From positions 192 to 64,191 of the forward strand of contig JANWKZ010000019.1 in NCBI GenBank assembly GCA_025451115.1: 64,000 nt of DNA, read 5' to 3'. The stretch comes from Bacteroidia bacterium (GTDB lineage Bacteria > Bacteroidota > Bacteroidia > B-17B0 > Aurantibacillaceae). A model generated the notes under the pieces. It did no database searches, was not told the DNA's origin, and saw nothing but the letters and a program-made list of their open reading frames with translations. A program made the translations under genes and the position numbers. Shown here one piece after another: positions 20,401-30,131 of this stretch (its first letter is position 1; every line of letters starts with the position of its first letter).

Positions 20401-21309
20401 ATGCGGTCGGCCCAAAATATTTTTTTGGTTCGGCCGGCTTGCTTTGGGTTTAACGTTGAGACCGCCGAGACCAATTCTTTTCAGAACAAAACCGTTATTG
20501 ACGATCTGCAAAAAAAGGTGCAAGCAGAATTCGATGCTTTTGCCGAAGCACTAACTAATGCGGGCATCGGAGTAACCATTTTTGAAGACGGCCCGTTTCC
20601 TGTAAAGCCAGACGCTGTATTTCCAAATAACTGGATAAGTCTTCATGCCGACGGCACAATGGTCCTTTACCCTATGTGTACGCCTAATCGGAGGGCCGAA
20701 AGAAGGCCAGAGATCATAGAAGAATTAAAGAAGCGCTTCACAATAAAAAATACGATAGATCTTTCCGGTTACGAAAAAGAAGGCCGTTTCCTGGAAGGAA
20801 CGGGTAGCATTGTCTTTGACCACTCAAACAAAGTTGCATACGCCTGTTTATCTCCAAGAACTGATAAGGGCCTCTTTGTTGATCTCGCTGGTCAGCTAGG
20901 ACACGCGCCCGTAAGTTTTACCGCAAATGATAAAAATGGAACGGCGATCTATCATACTAATGTGATGATGTGTGTTTCGGAGGGTTTTGCTGTTATTTGC
21001 TCGGACAGTATTTCTGATAAAAATGAAAAAAGAAATGTGCTCTCTTCTTTAGCCGAGGGTAATGATGTGATAGAAATATCCCGCGAACAAATGAGCAAAT
21101 TTGCCGGAAACACGCTGGGCCTGAAAAGCAAATCCGGGGAACTCATCCTGGCGCTTTCTCAAAGTGCTTTTGATTCGCTGACTTCGGACCAAAAAGGCAG
21201 AATTGAAAAGTATGCCCGGCTTTTGCCATTGGCTATTCCGAGCATAGAAACAATAGGGGGCGGAAGTGCGCGTTGCATGATTGCAGAAATATTTTCGGCT
21301 GCGCGTTGA
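20401..21309 (+). CDS. Amidinotransferase family, CtlX-like citrulline utilisation hydrolase
   Basis: PDA.FPNNW, LEGTGS, YHTNVMM, GGGSARCM. Confidence 0.9.
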   Translation: MRSAQNIFLVRPACFGFNVETAETNSFQNKTVIDDLQKKVQAEFDAFAEALTNAGIGVTIFEDGPFPVKPDAVFPNNWISLHADGTMVLYPMCTPNRRAERRPEIIEELKKRFTIKNTIDLSGYEKEGRFLEGTGSIVFDHSNKVAYACLSPRTDKGLFVDLAGQLGHAPVSFTANDKNGTAIYHTNVMMCVSEGFAVICSDSISDKNEKRNVLSSLAEGNDVIEISREQMSKFAGNTLGLKSKSGELILALSQSAFDSLTSDQKGRIEKYARLLPLAIPSIETIGGGSARCMIAEIFSAAR

Positions 21310-21332
21310 TTTTTTGTACCTTGCTTTACTGT

Positions 21333-22448
21333 ATGGCGGGAAAACAAAAAAGCGCTTCTCTTTCCTTTGGATATTTTCCGGGTCTTGATGTTTTACGATT
21401 CATCTGCGCGGCCGGCGTGATCTTTCATCATACCGCACAACAGCTTTTTCAACGCGGGCTCGTACAGGCTGATTCGAAAAGCCAGGTATACAGTGGTGCT
21501 TTTTTTTTGAATGTCTTCTTTATTATCAGTGGGTTCCTGATCGGGGGCATTCTTAAAAAAGAAGTTGAATCAGGAACTTATTCACTGAAGAATTTTTACC
21601 TCCGTCGTATTATACGGATCTGGCCTCTTTATTTTTTGACTGTTTTATTGCTGATCATTATTGCCCCCATGGTAAAAGGCGCGCCGCCCGATCTTATTAA
21701 AACAAACGCGCTTTATGCCGCAGGGTTCGCGGTGAATTTTCAGCTTCTTTTTGACCATCTGGCCAAAACTTACGTCATATTGTGGTCTGTTTGCATTGAG
21801 GAACACATTTACATTGTTTTGCCGTTCTTGCTTTTGTTGTTCCAAAAGAATTTTAAAGTGCTCGGACTTGGCATGGCCTTACTGGGAATCACATCGTGGC
21901 TTTTCTTTAGTTACAAGCAGCACAATAGCAATGGATATAATCCGTATTTCATCAGTCTTTGCTATTTCTATTATTTTGGGCTCGGTGTTTTGCTCGCCGC
22001 TTTCGAAAAAAAGATCAATTCGATCGGAGCACTCTGGAATAAAGGAACGCAATCCTTTACATTCCTTTTGCTTTTTCTCTACGTATTCAATTTCTGTCCC
22101 GCTAAAATGTATGAGACTGTTTGGTGGCTGCTGATAAATGGCCTATTCGGTGTTTATCTTGTCATGGCCGTCGGCAGATCGGGATCTATACTTTCCTTAA
22201 AGCCTTCTACGTCTCGCTTCCTTGGCAATATTTCTTATGCCTTATACCTTTTTCATATTATGATCATCAATATCGTGATCGCATGGCTTCTTAAAAAGAA
22301 CGCGCATCCCGGCGATGCCATCGCGTCCTTTTGGTTGCCGGTTCTCATCACCTGCATCGGTGTAGCGCTTTCTGCTTTATTGCATTATCTTTATGAAAAA
22401 CCGTTTTTGAAATTAAAGAAGAAGTACACAACCATTTCCAATAAATGA
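21333..22448 (+). CDS. Acyltransferase-3 (OafA-like) membrane O-acyltransferase
   Basis: LD.LR, FF.ISGFLI, FY.RR..RI.PLY, WS...EE, G.ISY..YL.H. Confidence 0.9.
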   Translation: MAGKQKSASLSFGYFPGLDVLRFICAAGVIFHHTAQQLFQRGLVQADSKSQVYSGAFFLNVFFIISGFLIGGILKKEVESGTYSLKNFYLRRIIRIWPLYFLTVLLLIIIAPMVKGAPPDLIKTNALYAAGFAVNFQLLFDHLAKTYVILWSVCIEEHIYIVLPFLLLLFQKNFKVLGLGMALLGITSWLFFSYKQHNSNGYNPYFISLCYFYYFGLGVLLAAFEKKINSIGALWNKGTQSFTFLLLFLYVFNFCPAKMYETVWWLLINGLFGVYLVMAVGRSGSILSLKPSTSRFLGNISYALYLFHIMIINIVIAWLLKKNAHPGDAIASFWLPVLITCIGVALSALLHYLYEKPFLKLKKKYTTISNK

Positions 22449-22819
22449 AAGAATACAAAAAATACTACATGCTGGACGCCACGCCTGAAGACGTGTACGG
22501 AGCCCTCACCAATCCTGTTGCCATTAGACTATGGACCAACGAAGAGGCAGAGATGTCTACCGAACCCGGCTCCGAATTCTCCATTATGGATGGAAGCATT
22601 GTGGGTAAGAACCTGGTGTTCGAGGAAAATAAAAAGATCGTGCAACAATGGTATTTTGGAGATGAGGGCCCGGATTCGATAGTAACCATTAAACTTCACA
22701 AACACGCCGACGGGACCTCGGTGGAGCTTTTGCATACTAATATTCCGGACGAGGCTTACAACGATATCGTGGAAGGTTGGAATGGCGTTTATTTCGGGGG
22801 TTTACAGGAATATTTTTAG
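22445..22819 (+). CDS. SRPBCC/AHSA1-domain protein
   Basis: A.PE.VY.ALT, KIVQ.W, GW...Y. Confidence 0.85.
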   Translation: MKEYKKYYMLDATPEDVYGALTNPVAIRLWTNEEAEMSTEPGSEFSIMDGSIVGKNLVFEENKKIVQQWYFGDEGPDSIVTIKLHKHADGTSVELLHTNIPDEAYNDIVEGWNGVYFGGLQEYF

Positions 22820-22822
22820 CGC

Positions 22823-23239
22823 ATGGTATCAAAGCAAAAAGTGCGCGAGGTGTGCCTTGCTCATTTGGAAGATAAAATAAATTCACTCAAAAAGATGCTG
22901 GTTGAATTGGAAGAGGGCGCGCAAAACGATTCGAAAAGTTCGGCCGGCGATAAGCACGAGACAGCGCGTGCCATGGTGCAGATAGAGCAGGAAAAAATAG
23001 GACGACAGGTGCAGGATCTTTTAATACAAAAAACTCAATTGGAAAAAGGCGGTTCACTTATAAAAACCGATAGGGGTTATTTATTTTTAAGTGTTCCCTT
23101 AGGAAAGATCATGGTAGAAAATACTTCAGTAACTGTAATTTCTCCGCAATCACCTTTGGGAAAAAAGTTGCAGGGTTTAAAAGCGGGTGAAAAAACCGAT
23201 ATAAATGATATCTCGTATTCGGTGGAGGAGATCCAATGA
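22823..23239 (+). CDS. GreA/GreB-like protein
   Basis: KSSAGDKHET.RAM, ISPQSPLG. Confidence 0.75.
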   Translation: MVSKQKVREVCLAHLEDKINSLKKMLVELEEGAQNDSKSSAGDKHETARAMVQIEQEKIGRQVQDLLIQKTQLEKGGSLIKTDRGYLFLSVPLGKIMVENTSVTVISPQSPLGKKLQGLKAGEKTDINDISYSVEEIQ

Positions 23240-24432
23240 AAAGATCGGTTGCGATCATAGGAAGCGGGCCTTCCGCTTTGATGTTGGGCTGCGCGCTCGA
23301 TCCCGAAAAATTTGGTGTGACCATCTACGAAAAGAATTTTGCGCTTGCCCGTAAATTCCTGGTGGCGGGTGACGGTGGATTTAATCTTACACACTCCGAG
23401 ACTATAGAGGAATTTGTTTCGCGTTATACTCCGGCCGCTTTTCTCAATGAGACCATTCGGTCATTCACTAATGAAGATCTTCGTGAATGGTTAAAACAGT
23501 TGGGCATAGAAACTTATGTAGGCACAAGTAAGCGTGTTTTTCCAATAAAAGGAATAAAGCCTATTGATGTGCTTAATGCCATCCTGGACGAGTTGAGCCG
23601 TAGAAAAGTTTCCCTGAAAACATCGCACGAATGGAAAGGGTGGAGTTTAGAGAATGAGTTGATCTTTGACCATAAAGGAAATGAGATCGCCGTAGGGCCC
23701 GATATAACCGTTTTCGCACTTGGCGGAGCAAGCTGGAGCAAAACAGGTTCTGATGGAGGCTGGACAAAACTCCTTGTCAACAAGGGTATTGAAATAATCC
23801 CCTTTCAGCCGTCTAATTGCGCGTATGAAATTAAATGGGAGAAAGGTTTTATTTCTCAGTGGGAAGGAAGTTCCTTAAAAAATATTTCGCTTTCCTGCTG
23901 TGGATCTGAGCGAAAAGGAGAGTTGGTTATTACCAACTTTGGCATTGAGGGCGGGGCCGTGTACGGGCTTAGTCCGCAAATGCGAAAAGAGTTGAATGAA
24001 AAAAAGGAAGCGGAACTATTGCTGGATCTTAAGCCCACCTACAAACCGGCCGATATCGAAGCAAGGCTGGGAAAAAAAAGAAATTGTTCTTTCACAGATC
24101 ATATAAAGACTGAATTAAACATCTCGGGCTTGCCGCTTGCCCTGTTAAAATCTGTAACTACCAAAGAAGAATTTTTAGATCCCACGAAACTGGCCGTAAA
24201 AATTAAGCGATTGCCTTTGCGCATTACCGGCATGGCGCCAATTAATGAAGCTATCTCTACGGTGGGCGGGGTTGCGCTTGCTGAAATAGATGGGTTCTTC
24301 CAGATCAAAAAGTTGCCAAACCATTATGCTATAGGAGAAATGCTCGATTGGGACGCTCCTACCGGGGGCTATTTGTTGCAGGGATGTTTTAGTATGGGCG
24401 CCGTGCTTGGAAAAAGCCTCAATAAGTCATAG
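23236..24432 (+). CDS. BaiN/HI0933-like flavoprotein (TIGR03862 type)
   Basis: G.GPS, RKFLVAG.GG.NLTH, GEM.DW.APTGGYLLQ. Confidence 0.9.
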   Translation: MKRSVAIIGSGPSALMLGCALDPEKFGVTIYEKNFALARKFLVAGDGGFNLTHSETIEEFVSRYTPAAFLNETIRSFTNEDLREWLKQLGIETYVGTSKRVFPIKGIKPIDVLNAILDELSRRKVSLKTSHEWKGWSLENELIFDHKGNEIAVGPDITVFALGGASWSKTGSDGGWTKLLVNKGIEIIPFQPSNCAYEIKWEKGFISQWEGSSLKNISLSCCGSERKGELVITNFGIEGGAVYGLSPQMRKELNEKKEAELLLDLKPTYKPADIEARLGKKRNCSFTDHIKTELNISGLPLALLKSVTTKEEFLDPTKLAVKIKRLPLRITGMAPINEAISTVGGVALAEIDGFFQIKKLPNHYAIGEMLDWDAPTGGYLLQGCFSMGAVLGKSLNKS

Positions 24433-24457
24433 TTGTTCAACTCAATGGCCCAATTGG

Positions 24458-25426
24458 CTATTGTTGTTTATTAGCGGCGGGCACGGGCCTTTTGGGCTCC
24501 ACTGTTTTTGTCTTTCCTTTTGCTATATAGCCAATGCTCAGGCCGAACGTAGTCGCAAAAGTGTTGCCGATCATGGTGTGTGCGAAATAATAATAATTGT
24601 AGTCTCTATAGGGATACGAACCGTTCTGAGTATAAGCGGGGTTAGAATACTTTGTGTTTTGAACCGCGCCGCCAATACCAACATAATAATCCAATGTTAG
24701 TATGTCGCCTAAAACAAATTGCCTGCCATAGGTTATAAATATTCCGCCGCTCATATTCGTGATATCAGTTGATACTGGTTGATTAGAAGGTGAGTAATAA
24801 GGACTATACAGATATCGTGAAACTCCGCTATATTTCACAGAAACAAAATCCACATCAAAACGCACGTATCTTCCTTTCAGGGGGTGCGCGTAGCGCATTC
24901 CGCGCATTACGAAATCCTGCCCCAACATAAATTTTATTCCGCCCTTAGCGTATCCGCCAATGCCATATACCCTATTTCTATTGTAGGAGTATATTCCGCT
25001 GTTAAAATTGGTGTTAAGGCCATTATAAATGTATCCCAGCTTCACTTCCACATTGGTTCCAACTTTTAACATTTGCTCATATCCCACACAAATGTGATTC
25101 ATGAAGGGCGTGAATGGCTCTACTTTGAAGGCTCTTGTCTCGTTCAATAATTCGGGCGTTGATTTTTGGTCCACGGCCATTTCGTCCTGGGTTATCAACT
25201 CGCGCGTGCCGTTGGCGAAGATCATCTCGCGTAGTTTGTTCTTGTGTGTGGAATAAACCGGGCCTTCCAGGTTATTAGCCTTTTTGTATTTGATCTCGTC
25301 CTCTCCTATTTCGGTTATTTTACAAGGTATGCGTTCGCTTTTCCTGGTAACCAGTGTGTCTGACTGAGCTGAAGCCTTAAGGGCAAAAAGCGACAAAAAA
25401 AGTATAACCAATAACTGCCTTATCAT
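24458..25426 (-). CDS. Exported protein, probable outer-membrane beta-barrel
   Basis: Signal peptide, D.L......I.C.I.EI...EIKYK N-domain, aromatic-rich beta strands. Confidence 0.6.
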   Translation of the reverse strand: MIRQLLVILFLSLFALKASAQSDTLVTRKSERIPCKITEIGEDEIKYKKANNLEGPVYSTHKNKLREMIFANGTRELITQDEMAVDQKSTPELLNETRAFKVEPFTPFMNHICVGYEQMLKVGTNVEVKLGYIYNGLNTNFNSGIYSYNRNRVYGIGGYAKGGIKFMLGQDFVMRGMRYAHPLKGRYVRFDVDFVSVKYSGVSRYLYSPYYSPSNQPVSTDITNMSGGIFITYGRQFVLGDILTLDYYVGIGGAVQNTKYSNPAYTQNGSYPYRDYNYYYFAHTMIGNTFATTFGLSIGYIAKGKTKTVEPKRPVPAANKQQ

Positions 25427-25474
25427 GTTGTAAAATTTTTATAATCAAATATATAACAATTTTTTTGGATGAAA

Positions 25475-25509
25475 AAATCCCCTCTCGAAAACGTTCGAAG
25501 AGGGGATTT
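25475..25509 (-). terminator. Terminator after the AsmA gene
   Basis: AAATCCCCT.TCGAA...TTCGA..AGGGGATTT with an A run on the + strand. Confidence 0.7.
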
Positions 25510-25529
25510 ATTGCCTTTTAACCTGTGGA

Positions 25530-28337
25530 TTATTGTTTTAGTTTGTCAGCCTGCACATGCGCGTCGGTCATTACCTTATCGGCTTTTACGTTTGACTCGT
25601 CAGTTACTTTCTGGGCTTTTTGCTCAGACTGTTTTCTTAGATTCTCGGCGATCTTTTTGGCTGCTAATTTTTCCAGCGGGCCTTTCGCTGAATTGGTAAC
25701 AGAGTCGGCGGCAAAGTTTCCTTGTTTCCGGATGTCTTCTGCTGTTTTTGCCCCTTGCGTCTTTATATCATCGGCTACTTTTTGTGCGTCGGCCAGTATC
25801 TTCTCTGCCTGTTTGCTTGCTTCGGCTTTCGCGTCTTTTATCACTTCTTCTTTTTTCTGCTCGATGACTTCTTTCACCTGGTTCACAACTTCGTTCTTCA
25901 CATCTTTCATTGCGTCTTTCAATCCAAGTTTTACAACCGGCGCGGTTACTGTTCCGCCAATTAAAGCGGTGGCTTTTACTTTATCCGGAACCTTAGCCGC
26001 GTTACCCGTTGCTGATCCCGCTTTATTCAACCAGCCCTGTACCATTTCCTGGCCCTGGTTGCCCATTAGTTTAGTGGGCAGCTCCATGTTCCACTTATAA
26101 TCCAGTGTTTGGTCGAAGCCGGTAGATCCACTTATCTCCACCGGAATATCGGCGATCTTTGTATTGAATGGCTTAGTGTGCAGGCGCCCGTCTTTGAATT
26201 CATATTGCAAACTAATGTCGCCTATACTTACTTTTTTCAGCTTGTTCAATTTCAGGGCGTCGTCAAGTTTTACAAAAGGCGGGTATTCGTTTATAACCAC
26301 GGATTTTGTTTTCAGTGTTCCGTTTCCACTTAGCGTATTCATATCGGGGCTCATGTCCGGCTTCAGTATGCCCTCGAAATTATTCAGCGTGGTGCTGAAT
26401 TTTCCGGTGGCTGATTTAGCGATCGGAACCAATTTCTCTATGCTCACAAAAGCCGCGGCTGTTTTTTGGATATCAAATTCCGAAATGTTCATATTGTAAT
26501 TGATCTGCGGCTTTGCTTTGTTCTTTGTGTCGTAGTATCCGCTCATCATCATTGATCCGTCGAGTAAATTCATTTTTAAGTTGGTCATAGATACGCGGGC
26601 GTTTCGAACTATAATTTCTCCGATCATATTCGTAATGTCCAGTTTATCGTACAACACTTTTCCAATGTTCGTATTCATTACAAAATCTATGTTTGAAGGT
26701 ACTTCTACTACACTGGCGGCCGCGACGGCCGCGGTTTCCGTTGCTGCGGGTGCTGCTGCTGCGGTGGATGTGCTGGCAGTAAGCTGGTTTAGGTCGAGCA
26801 ATGAAGAGTTAAGTGCAAAAGTTCCTTTGATCAAGCTGTCTTGGAAAATGTATTGCATGAAATTCTCGATCTTTCCATTAGCTTTTATGTCGCTGTTCCC
26901 CATTTTGCTATCGAAGCCAGCAAGCTCAACAAATTGAGGTGTGAAGTTCAGCTTCATCGTGTTTATCATTACGTCATAAGGCAGAGAAGCGGTTTTGTAT
27001 TGCATTTTATCAATAGTAATGCTTCCCTTCGCGTCGAACTCTTCGTATTTCTTATTGGTAATGCTGCTCATTCTTCCTTTCATGGTAACATCGGCCGTTA
27101 CCACCCCGCTCATTTCGTCCGTCTTTTCCATGGGAACAAAATCTTTCACGCTCGTAAGATCAACCTTTCCTTTTACCCAGCCATTCAAATTTGGATCAGA
27201 AACTGGAGTACGCACCTGCATCATCATGTCAACCGGGTTGCCGGCCATTTCAAGATGCAGTTTCTCGAGGTCGATCTTTGTATTATCCGGTTTTCCATCG
27301 GGATTTTCTACATCCAGCTTAATGTTAATGTTGTTCACTGATTTCGGCAACGAAGGATATTTGAACATGGCCTGGGAGATCTCTAAATGTGTTCCGAACG
27401 CCGGAAGAGATGTAGAGTTATAGGTTCCTTTAGCGAATCCGTTCAGCGCCAGCTTACCCGCGGTTTGCACGCTCGCAAAATCCTTTGAGTAAACGGCCGG
27501 TATCAAAGAAAGAATGTTCTTGAACTCCGTTTGTTTGCAAAGGAATTTCAGGTCCATGTTAATGTTTGAATCAGGCATAGCAATGAAACCATCAATACCC
27601 AGGCCCAGCTCGTTAAAGTTGAATTCATTCTCCTTCAGGGTAAATTTCATGTTGGGCATATCAGCGTCGGCATCCACTTTCAGTTTTACGTGCATATTCT
27701 TCGCGTAATCCATTCCGCCCATTGATAGATTGAGCTTTTCAATTTCTGTAAGAATGCTCAATAAGAAATTATCCTGGGTAAAATCGCCGCTCAGGTTAAA
27801 ATCAAAATTCTCAAGGGCCGCTTTCATTCCGCCCTTCATATCATTATAGGTGATCTTCGCGTCGCTGATCTCAAATTTCTTGAGGCTCAGCTTGAACTTG
27901 GTGGGTTCGCCCGATTCAACAGTCTTGGCCGTATCTGTACTTGGTTTTGCAATATCCCAGTTAGCTCTTCCGTCGGCCAAAACAATAGCATTTATTTTTG
28001 GCTCCGTAAGAACGATCTCTTTCACTTTTATCTGGTCGCCGCTTATAACGCTTTTCAGGTTCACATCCAGGCGCAGGTTTTTCAAAAAGGCCAGCGTGTC
28101 TTTTTCGAAGTCTCCACTCCCCACTACACTAACGTTATCAATAGAAAAACGGAAGTCGGGGAAAGAAGAAAAGATCGAAAGATCAAAATCTCCAAAGTCC
28201 ACTTTGGCGTTCAGATTCTTGTTGGCCTCGCTCTTTGCAAGCTCAATCAGTTTTCCTTTAAAAATAAAAGGCAGTGCGATCAAAAGGACGATCAGTATCA
28301 AAAACGTGATGCCGGTCCATTTTAAAAATTTTTTCAT
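25530..28337 (-). CDS. AsmA-family (bridge-like) envelope protein
   Basis: N-terminal membrane anchor, DG.ANWDI, beta-rich body, G..GFD..LDY, helical tail. Confidence 0.85.
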   Translation of the reverse strand: MKKFLKWTGITFLILIVLLIALPFIFKGKLIELAKSEANKNLNAKVDFGDFDLSIFSSFPDFRFSIDNVSVVGSGDFEKDTLAFLKNLRLDVNLKSVISGDQIKVKEIVLTEPKINAIVLADGRANWDIAKPSTDTAKTVESGEPTKFKLSLKKFEISDAKITYNDMKGGMKAALENFDFNLSGDFTQDNFLLSILTEIEKLNLSMGGMDYAKNMHVKLKVDADADMPNMKFTLKENEFNFNELGLGIDGFIAMPDSNINMDLKFLCKQTEFKNILSLIPAVYSKDFASVQTAGKLALNGFAKGTYNSTSLPAFGTHLEISQAMFKYPSLPKSVNNINIKLDVENPDGKPDNTKIDLEKLHLEMAGNPVDMMMQVRTPVSDPNLNGWVKGKVDLTSVKDFVPMEKTDEMSGVVTADVTMKGRMSSITNKKYEEFDAKGSITIDKMQYKTASLPYDVMINTMKLNFTPQFVELAGFDSKMGNSDIKANGKIENFMQYIFQDSLIKGTFALNSSLLDLNQLTASTSTAAAAPAATETAAVAAASVVEVPSNIDFVMNTNIGKVLYDKLDITNMIGEIIVRNARVSMTNLKMNLLDGSMMMSGYYDTKNKAKPQINYNMNISEFDIQKTAAAFVSIEKLVPIAKSATGKFSTTLNNFEGILKPDMSPDMNTLSGNGTLKTKSVVINEYPPFVKLDDALKLNKLKKVSIGDISLQYEFKDGRLHTKPFNTKIADIPVEISGSTGFDQTLDYKWNMELPTKLMGNQGQEMVQGWLNKAGSATGNAAKVPDKVKATALIGGTVTAPVVKLGLKDAMKDVKNEVVNQVKEVIEQKKEEVIKDAKAEASKQAEKILADAQKVADDIKTQGAKTAEDIRKQGNFAADSVTNSAKGPLEKLAAKKIAENLRKQSEQKAQKVTDESNVKADKVMTDAHVQADKLKQ

Positions 28338-28372
28338 AGGGCTTATTTATATGGGTACGAATATAAACTAAA

Positions 28373-28402
28373 AATCCCCTTCCCAATTACGGAAAGGGGA
28401 TT
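28373..28402 (-). terminator. Terminator after the AOS-family gene
   Basis: AATCCCCTTCC...GGAAAGGGGATT. Confidence 0.7.
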
Positions 28403-28420
28403 GATTTTTATATATAAGTT

Positions 28421-29671
28421 TTATCCCTGCACCTGTGCAAAACCACCCTTGGCGTATTCGCCGCTGGCCAGCTTGTCTTTAACCGCCGAGAAAGCCTCAA
28501 CCGTGTATTTCACATCTTCAAGTGTGTGCACAGCCGTGGGTATCAGGCGTAAGATAATTTGTCCCTTTGGAATAACGGGGTAAACCACGATAGAACAGAA
28601 AATATTATATTTTTCGCGAAGATCAAATGTAATATTTGTTGCTTCATTCACGGTTCCGTTCAAAAACACGGGGGTAACGGGTGTGGTGGTGGTGCCAATA
28701 TTAAAGCCCGCCTTTTTCAGTCCGCCCTGTAGTGCGTTTGTAATTTCCCAGAGCTTTGTTTTAAACTCGGGGTGATTGCGGATCAGCTCCATGCGTTTCA
28801 GCGCACCGGCAACCAAGGGCAGCGGCAACGACTTAGCGTAGATCTGCGAACGCATATTATAACGAAGGAAAGTAACTACTTCTTCGTTCGAGGCTATAAA
28901 TCCGCCGATCATCGCGAAGCTCTTTGCAAAAGTGCCGAAGTAAATATCAATTCCATCCTGGCAGCCCTGCTCCTCGCCCGTTCCGGCTCCGGTTTTACCC
29001 ATTGTGCCCAGCCCGTGTGCGTCGTCTACAAAAAGACGGAAATTGTATTTCTTCTTTAGCTCAACTATCTCTTTTAGTTTTCCCTGGTTACCACTCATTC
29101 CAAAAACACCCTCAGTAATAACAAGGATCGATCCGCCCGTATCGCTTACCAATTTCTCGGCGCGCTGCAATTGTTTTTCGCAACTGGTCATATCATTATG
29201 GGTATACACAAAGCGCTTGCCCATGTGTAAACGAACACCATCTAATATACAGGCGTGCGATTCGGCGTCATATACAATTACGTCGTGGCGGTCAACCAAG
29301 GCGTCAATAGCGCTGGCCATGGCCTGGTAACCAAAATTAACGAGGATAGAATCTTCTTTATGTACAAATGCGGCCAGTTCACGCTCCAGTTGCTCGTGAA
29401 GGTTCGTGTTTCCGCTCATCATACGTGCGCCCATAGGCATAGCAAAACCGTATTTGGCGCCGGCATCGGCATCGGCTTTACGCACTTCGGGGTGATTAGC
29501 CAGGCCCAGGTAATTGTTCAGGCTCCAGTTAAGGCGTTCTCTGCCACGAAATACCATCCGGGGACTAATATCGCCCTCCAACTTAGGAAAAGTGAAATAA
29601 CCATGGCTTTCTTTAGAATAACGGCCTATCTCGCCCATATTCTTTTTAATCTTATCAAACAAGTCCTGCAT
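28421..29671 (-). CDS. PLP-dependent alpha-oxoamine synthase, likely cysteate:acyl-ACP transferase (sulfonolipid/capnine synthase, SulA/CapB type)
   Basis: GYF.FPKLEG, NWSLNNYLGLANHPEVR, PMGARMMSG, VDDAH, GTFAKS. Confidence 0.75.
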   Translation of the reverse strand: MQDLFDKIKKNMGEIGRYSKESHGYFTFPKLEGDISPRMVFRGRERLNWSLNNYLGLANHPEVRKADADAGAKYGFAMPMGARMMSGNTNLHEQLERELAAFVHKEDSILVNFGYQAMASAIDALVDRHDVIVYDAESHACILDGVRLHMGKRFVYTHNDMTSCEKQLQRAEKLVSDTGGSILVITEGVFGMSGNQGKLKEIVELKKKYNFRLFVDDAHGLGTMGKTGAGTGEEQGCQDGIDIYFGTFAKSFAMIGGFIASNEEVVTFLRYNMRSQIYAKSLPLPLVAGALKRMELIRNHPEFKTKLWEITNALQGGLKKAGFNIGTTTTPVTPVFLNGTVNEATNITFDLREKYNIFCSIVVYPVIPKGQIILRLIPTAVHTLEDVKYTVEAFSAVKDKLASGEYAKGGFAQVQG

Positions 29672-30131
29672 GCGTAAAATTTATAAGGCAAAGTTAATAA
29701 ACCTTGTTTAAAACCCTATTAAAAGCTGTTTATTTCGGGGGTTGATAAGTATAGTTATGCGTTCGGGTGATGGGCCAAAGCCTGAAAACTCGTTTAAAAC
29801 TAGCCATTCTTTTTTCCTGAAGTTTTAATTACTTTTTATAGCACGTGTTTATTTGTTAAAAACCGGTTTTCACCGAAAATCTTATCGGAGTCTGTGCACA
29901 TTTTATACAATTACCAGCCTGCTTTTTCCCGATCTATTTATACACATTAAGCATTATTAACATCATTTAATAACATGGATTAATTCCTGTTTTACAGCTA
30001 AATAGCTAACTTTAGAGTCTTAATAAGGTGTTCATTGGTTCTTAACTTCGGTATTAAAAAACCAAATAAGATATAATTACTAACCATACTAACACCTATA
30101 GTATTAATAATATTATATTTTAAAAAAAGAA
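29672..30131. other. Candidate replication origin (oriC)
   Basis: 460-bp AT-rich divergent intergenic region. TTATACACA at 29938-29946, TTATTAACA at 29954-29962, tandem degenerate boxes at 30077-30094, then NTA trios at 30101-30115. Confidence 0.6.

Noticed and set aside
28421-29671. Call as bioF, kbl or spt
   Set aside because: No bio or tdh context, and the N-terminal motifs fit the cysteate acyltransferase clade better. The gene symbol is left empty pending phylogeny.
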